A DNA stretch of 37,881 nt from a virus (taxonomy: Duplodnaviria; Heunggongvirae; Uroviricota; Caudoviricetes), in the IMG/VR virus record IMGVR_UViG_2713896896_000009, positions 1-37,881 of that record. The stretch is one strand, 5' to 3'. The notes beneath the pieces were generated by a model that saw only the letters and a program-made list of their open reading frames with translations, was not told where the DNA came from and did no database searches. Each line of letters starts with the position of its first letter. The stretch's first letter is position 1. Positions 35,400 to 37,881 of this stretch are shown here, piece after piece. Both the position numbers and the translations under genes were made by a program.

Positions 35400-35732
35400 A
35401 TGGCATTAATCAAATGTCCTGAATGCCAGAAAGAGGTGAGCGATTCAGCATTGTATTGCCCTGCTTGTGGTAAACAACTACAAAAACTTAAGCGTTCATT
35501 TTTTGGACGGATCATTAAGTGGGTTTTTATATTATTTAATATTTTTATGATCTATACGCTTTTAGTTGGACTAGGAGGCACTAGTGAAATAATAAATAAT
35601 GCCACATCCGATGCCGAAAAAACCGGTGCAGTTATTGGTACAGGCTTAGGTTTAATTACCATTGGAAGCTTATGGGTTATTGGTGATATCATCATCGGAA
35701 TTTTAGTATTTCTTACTAAACCAAAGGGATAA
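35400..35732 (+). CDS. Zinc-ribbon membrane protein (N-terminal CPxC...CPxC, two TM segments)
   Basis: MALIKCPECQKEVSDSALYCPACGK followed by two hydrophobic helices; AT-rich; AAGGAGG RBS. Confidence 0.6.
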   Translation: MALIKCPECQKEVSDSALYCPACGKQLQKLKRSFFGRIIKWVFILFNIFMIYTLLVGLGGTSEIINNATSDAEKTGAVIGTGLGLITIGSLWVIGDIIIGILVFLTKPKG

Positions 35733-35736
35733 TAAA

Positions 35737-36630
35737 ATGAAAAATATAATTTTTTCTATAGGTGCATCATTTATATCAATTAGTGTACTGCCTGTTCACG
35801 CAGCAACTGAACATAAGAACTTCAATGCAGTACTCCAGTGCCGAGCAATAGAAAATAATAAAGACAGACTTTCTTGTTACGATAAGTCAATACAACCGAC
35901 TCGAACGAAAGTTGCTGAAAAATTCGAAAGCAGAGATCAATGCCCTGATGAGAAAGATGATGATAGACGTTTATCTTGTTATGATCGTTTCTTTTCTCCA
36001 ACATTTACTCCATCTGTAAACTCAAAATCTAAAACGGAAAAGCCAGTAACAACAGAGGCTCAGCAACCAAATCTTTCTGAGATATCTAAATGTCGTGCAG
36101 AAAATGATAAAGAAGCCAGACTAAACTGCTACGATAAACTATTCCCACAGGATAAAGCCGTTCAAGCTGAATCAAAATTAGAGAAAGCCACAGATGTAGG
36201 AAAATGGCACACATCCATTACTACATCGCCAATTGATGATTCGAAAAATGTAATTTTATCGTTAGAAAGTGATGATTATATCAGAACTCCATTTGGAGAA
36301 ACGGTTACTCCTACTCTGTTTATAGCTTGCCGAGAAAAGAAAACAGAAGTATTTCTTAGTTGGGATGTATATTTAGGCCTTGAACAAACCAGCATGCTTT
36401 ATCGCCTTGATAAACAGAAAGCAGTTGAGCGAAACTGGCTAGTATCTACAGATACAAAGGCTGTTTTTTATAAAGGTAATGACATTGATTTCATCCGAAA
36501 ACTAGCCAACTCAAGCAAAATGTATACAAAAATAACGCCTTATAATGAGAGCCCCGTAAGTGCAACTTTCAATTTAAACGGCCTGTCAAACGCGCTAAAA
36601 CCGCTTCAAGCTGCTTGTAACTGGAAATAG
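35737..36630 (+). CDS. Secreted protein with three tandem Cys-containing repeats and an unassigned C-terminal domain
   Basis: Signal peptide (MKNIIFSIGASFISISVLPVHA); repeats LQCRAIENNKDRLSCYDK, DQCPDEKDDDRRLSCYDR and SKCRAENDKEARLNCYDK; starts 4 nt after the upstream gene; AT-rich. Confidence 0.6.
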   Translation: MKNIIFSIGASFISISVLPVHAATEHKNFNAVLQCRAIENNKDRLSCYDKSIQPTRTKVAEKFESRDQCPDEKDDDRRLSCYDRFFSPTFTPSVNSKSKTEKPVTTEAQQPNLSEISKCRAENDKEARLNCYDKLFPQDKAVQAESKLEKATDVGKWHTSITTSPIDDSKNVILSLESDDYIRTPFGETVTPTLFIACREKKTEVFLSWDVYLGLEQTSMLYRLDKQKAVERNWLVSTDTKAVFYKGNDIDFIRKLANSSKMYTKITPYNESPVSATFNLNGLSNALKPLQAACNWK

Positions 36631-36664
36631 TATTAAATCATGTGGCTTAGCCACAATCACAGAC

Positions 36665-36696
36665 AACACAAAGCCCGTGAAAACGGGCTTTGTGTT
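36665..36696 (+). terminator. Rho-independent terminator after the two-gene cassette
   Basis: Stem aacacaaagcccgt / acgggctttgtgtt, loop gaaa, followed by a T-containing tract. Confidence 0.6.
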
Positions 36697-36702
36697 ATCT
36701 GT

Positions 36703-36721
36703 ACTCGAAAATGTGGTCACT
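36703..36721. repeat. Candidate attR core (gtggtcactgcgtggacac)
   Basis: 17 of 19 identical to 11-29 in direct orientation; lies between the last AT-rich cargo gene and host flk. Confidence 0.35.
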
Positions 36722-36897
36722 GCGTGGACACGCGCTGACATAAATCCTTTTACATCAATAAATTAAGTCATCATTTTTTTCATCAACAAGGATTTTCACG
36801 TTTGTGGTACCTGTATGAGACGAGAGTTAACCAAACAAGTGTGCCATAATCTCGCGCCCAGGCATACTTGCGATGATTTCAGGTATAAGGATACATA

Positions 36898-37881
36898 ATG
36901 ATACAACCTATTTCCGGCCCTCCTCCCGGGCAACTGCCAGACCGGGAAAACAGCGCAGGCAATCAGCCTTTATCCAGTCTGCAACGTACCGCCCTGGAAA
37001 GCTTGATGACCAAAGTAACCTCGCTGACGCAACAACAGAGAGCGGAGTTATGGGCCGGCATCAAACACGACATCGGCCTGCCAGGCGATTCACCTTTACT
37101 CTCGCGCCACTTCCCCGCTGCGGAACATAACCTCGCGCAACGTCTGCTTGCCGCGCAAAAGAGCTATTCTGCTCGTCGGCTTTTAGCCCAGTTAGGGGAA
37201 TATTTACGGTTGGGAAATAACCGTCAGGCGGTTACGGATTACATCCGAAATAACTTTGGTCAGACACCGCTTAACCAACTCTCGCCAGAACAATTAAAGA
37301 CCATTCTTAACCTGTTACAGGAAGGGAAAATGGTTATTCCTCAACCACAGCAACGTCAGGCTACCGATCGTCCTTTATTACCGGCGGAGCATAATACGCT
37401 TAAACAACTGGTGACTAAACTCGCCGCTGCGACAGGGGAACCCAGCAAGCAGATCTGGCAGTCGATGCTGGAGCTTTCTGGTGTGAAAGATGGCGAACTA
37501 ATCCCGGCAAAACTGTTTAACCATCTGGTCACCTGGTTGCAGGCGCGTCAGAGCTTAAGCCAACAAAATACCCCGACGCTGGAATCGCTTCAGATGGCGC
37601 TAAAGAAACCGCTGGATACCAACGAGCTGGCAGCACTATCCGCGTATATCGAGCAAAAATATGGCCTTTCCGCGCAATCCGTCCTTTCTTCTGTACAGGC
37701 TGAGGATATCCTGAACCAGCTCTATCAACGGCGGGTTAAAGGGATTGATCCACGAGACATCCAGCCACTGCTCAATCCCTTTCCACCATTAATGAACACA
37801 TTGCAAAATATGGCGACACGTCCCAGCGTGTGGATTTTGTTAGTCGCCATCCTCATCATGCTGGTCTGGCTGGTACGTTAA
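36898..37881 (+). CDS. flk: Flagellar regulator Flk (host chromosomal gene)
   Basis: MIQPISGPPPGQ N-terminus, PLLSRHFPAAE, LPLGNNRQAV, IPQPQQ and a C-terminal membrane anchor (WILLVAILIMLVWLV) match enterobacterial Flk as I recall it; complete ORF ending at the window edge. Confidence 0.8.
   Translation: MIQPISGPPPGQLPDRENSAGNQPLSSLQRTALESLMTKVTSLTQQQRAELWAGIKHDIGLPGDSPLLSRHFPAAEHNLAQRLLAAQKSYSARRLLAQLGEYLRLGNNRQAVTDYIRNNFGQTPLNQLSPEQLKTILNLLQEGKMVIPQPQQRQATDRPLLPAEHNTLKQLVTKLAAATGEPSKQIWQSMLELSGVKDGELIPAKLFNHLVTWLQARQSLSQQNTPTLESLQMALKKPLDTNELAALSAYIEQKYGLSAQSVLSSVQAEDILNQLYQRRVKGIDPRDIQPLLNPFPPLMNTLQNMATRPSVWILLVAILIMLVWLVR

Larger units (their letters stand above)
1..36721. mobile_element. 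P2-like integrated prophage (int to candidate attR)
   Basis: Contiguous P2-type gene order with recognisable homologues of int, C, cox, A, Q, P, O, N, M, L, X, R, S, V, W, J, I, H, G, U, T, E, FII, FI, D and ogr. Bounded on the right by a 19-bp imperfect direct repeat of the int 3' end and the host gene flk. Confidence 0.8.

Noticed and set aside
1-37881. tRNA gene at a prophage boundary as integration target
   Set aside because: No cloverleaf-compatible sequence recognised near either end; the right junction lies in an intergenic region upstream of flk, and the left host flank is outside the window.

Overview
The window is almost entirely one P2-like (Peduovirinae-type) temperate prophage, about 36.7 kb, followed by the host gene flk. 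All calls rest on reading the supplied six-frame translations and the DNA by eye against remembered P2 proteins; no search or alignment was run. Gene order left to right is int, C repressor, cox, small early genes, replication initiator A, then an accessory island (parM, parR, a ClpX-type zinc-finger protein, an ASCH-like protein, an unknown), then portal Q and terminase P on the minus strand, then O-N-M-L-X, a lysis cassette, R-S-V-W-J-I-H-G. Downstream lie an invertible tail-fibre segment with a DNA invertase, the sheath/tube/tape-measure block FI-FII-E/E'-T-U on the minus strand (inverted relative to P2), D, an AT-rich 500-aa PIN-like protein, ogr, a hok/mok-type toxin locus and an AT-rich two-gene cassette. 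A 19-bp imperfect direct repeat at 11-29 and 36703-36721 is a candidate attL/attR pair. The most likely places for an undescribed system are the parMR/ClpX-zinc-finger island between A and the portal gene, the PIN-like gene between D and ogr, and the two-gene cassette at the right arm. No rRNA, tRNA or CRISPR array was recognised. A 13-N assembly gap lies at 14782-14794.
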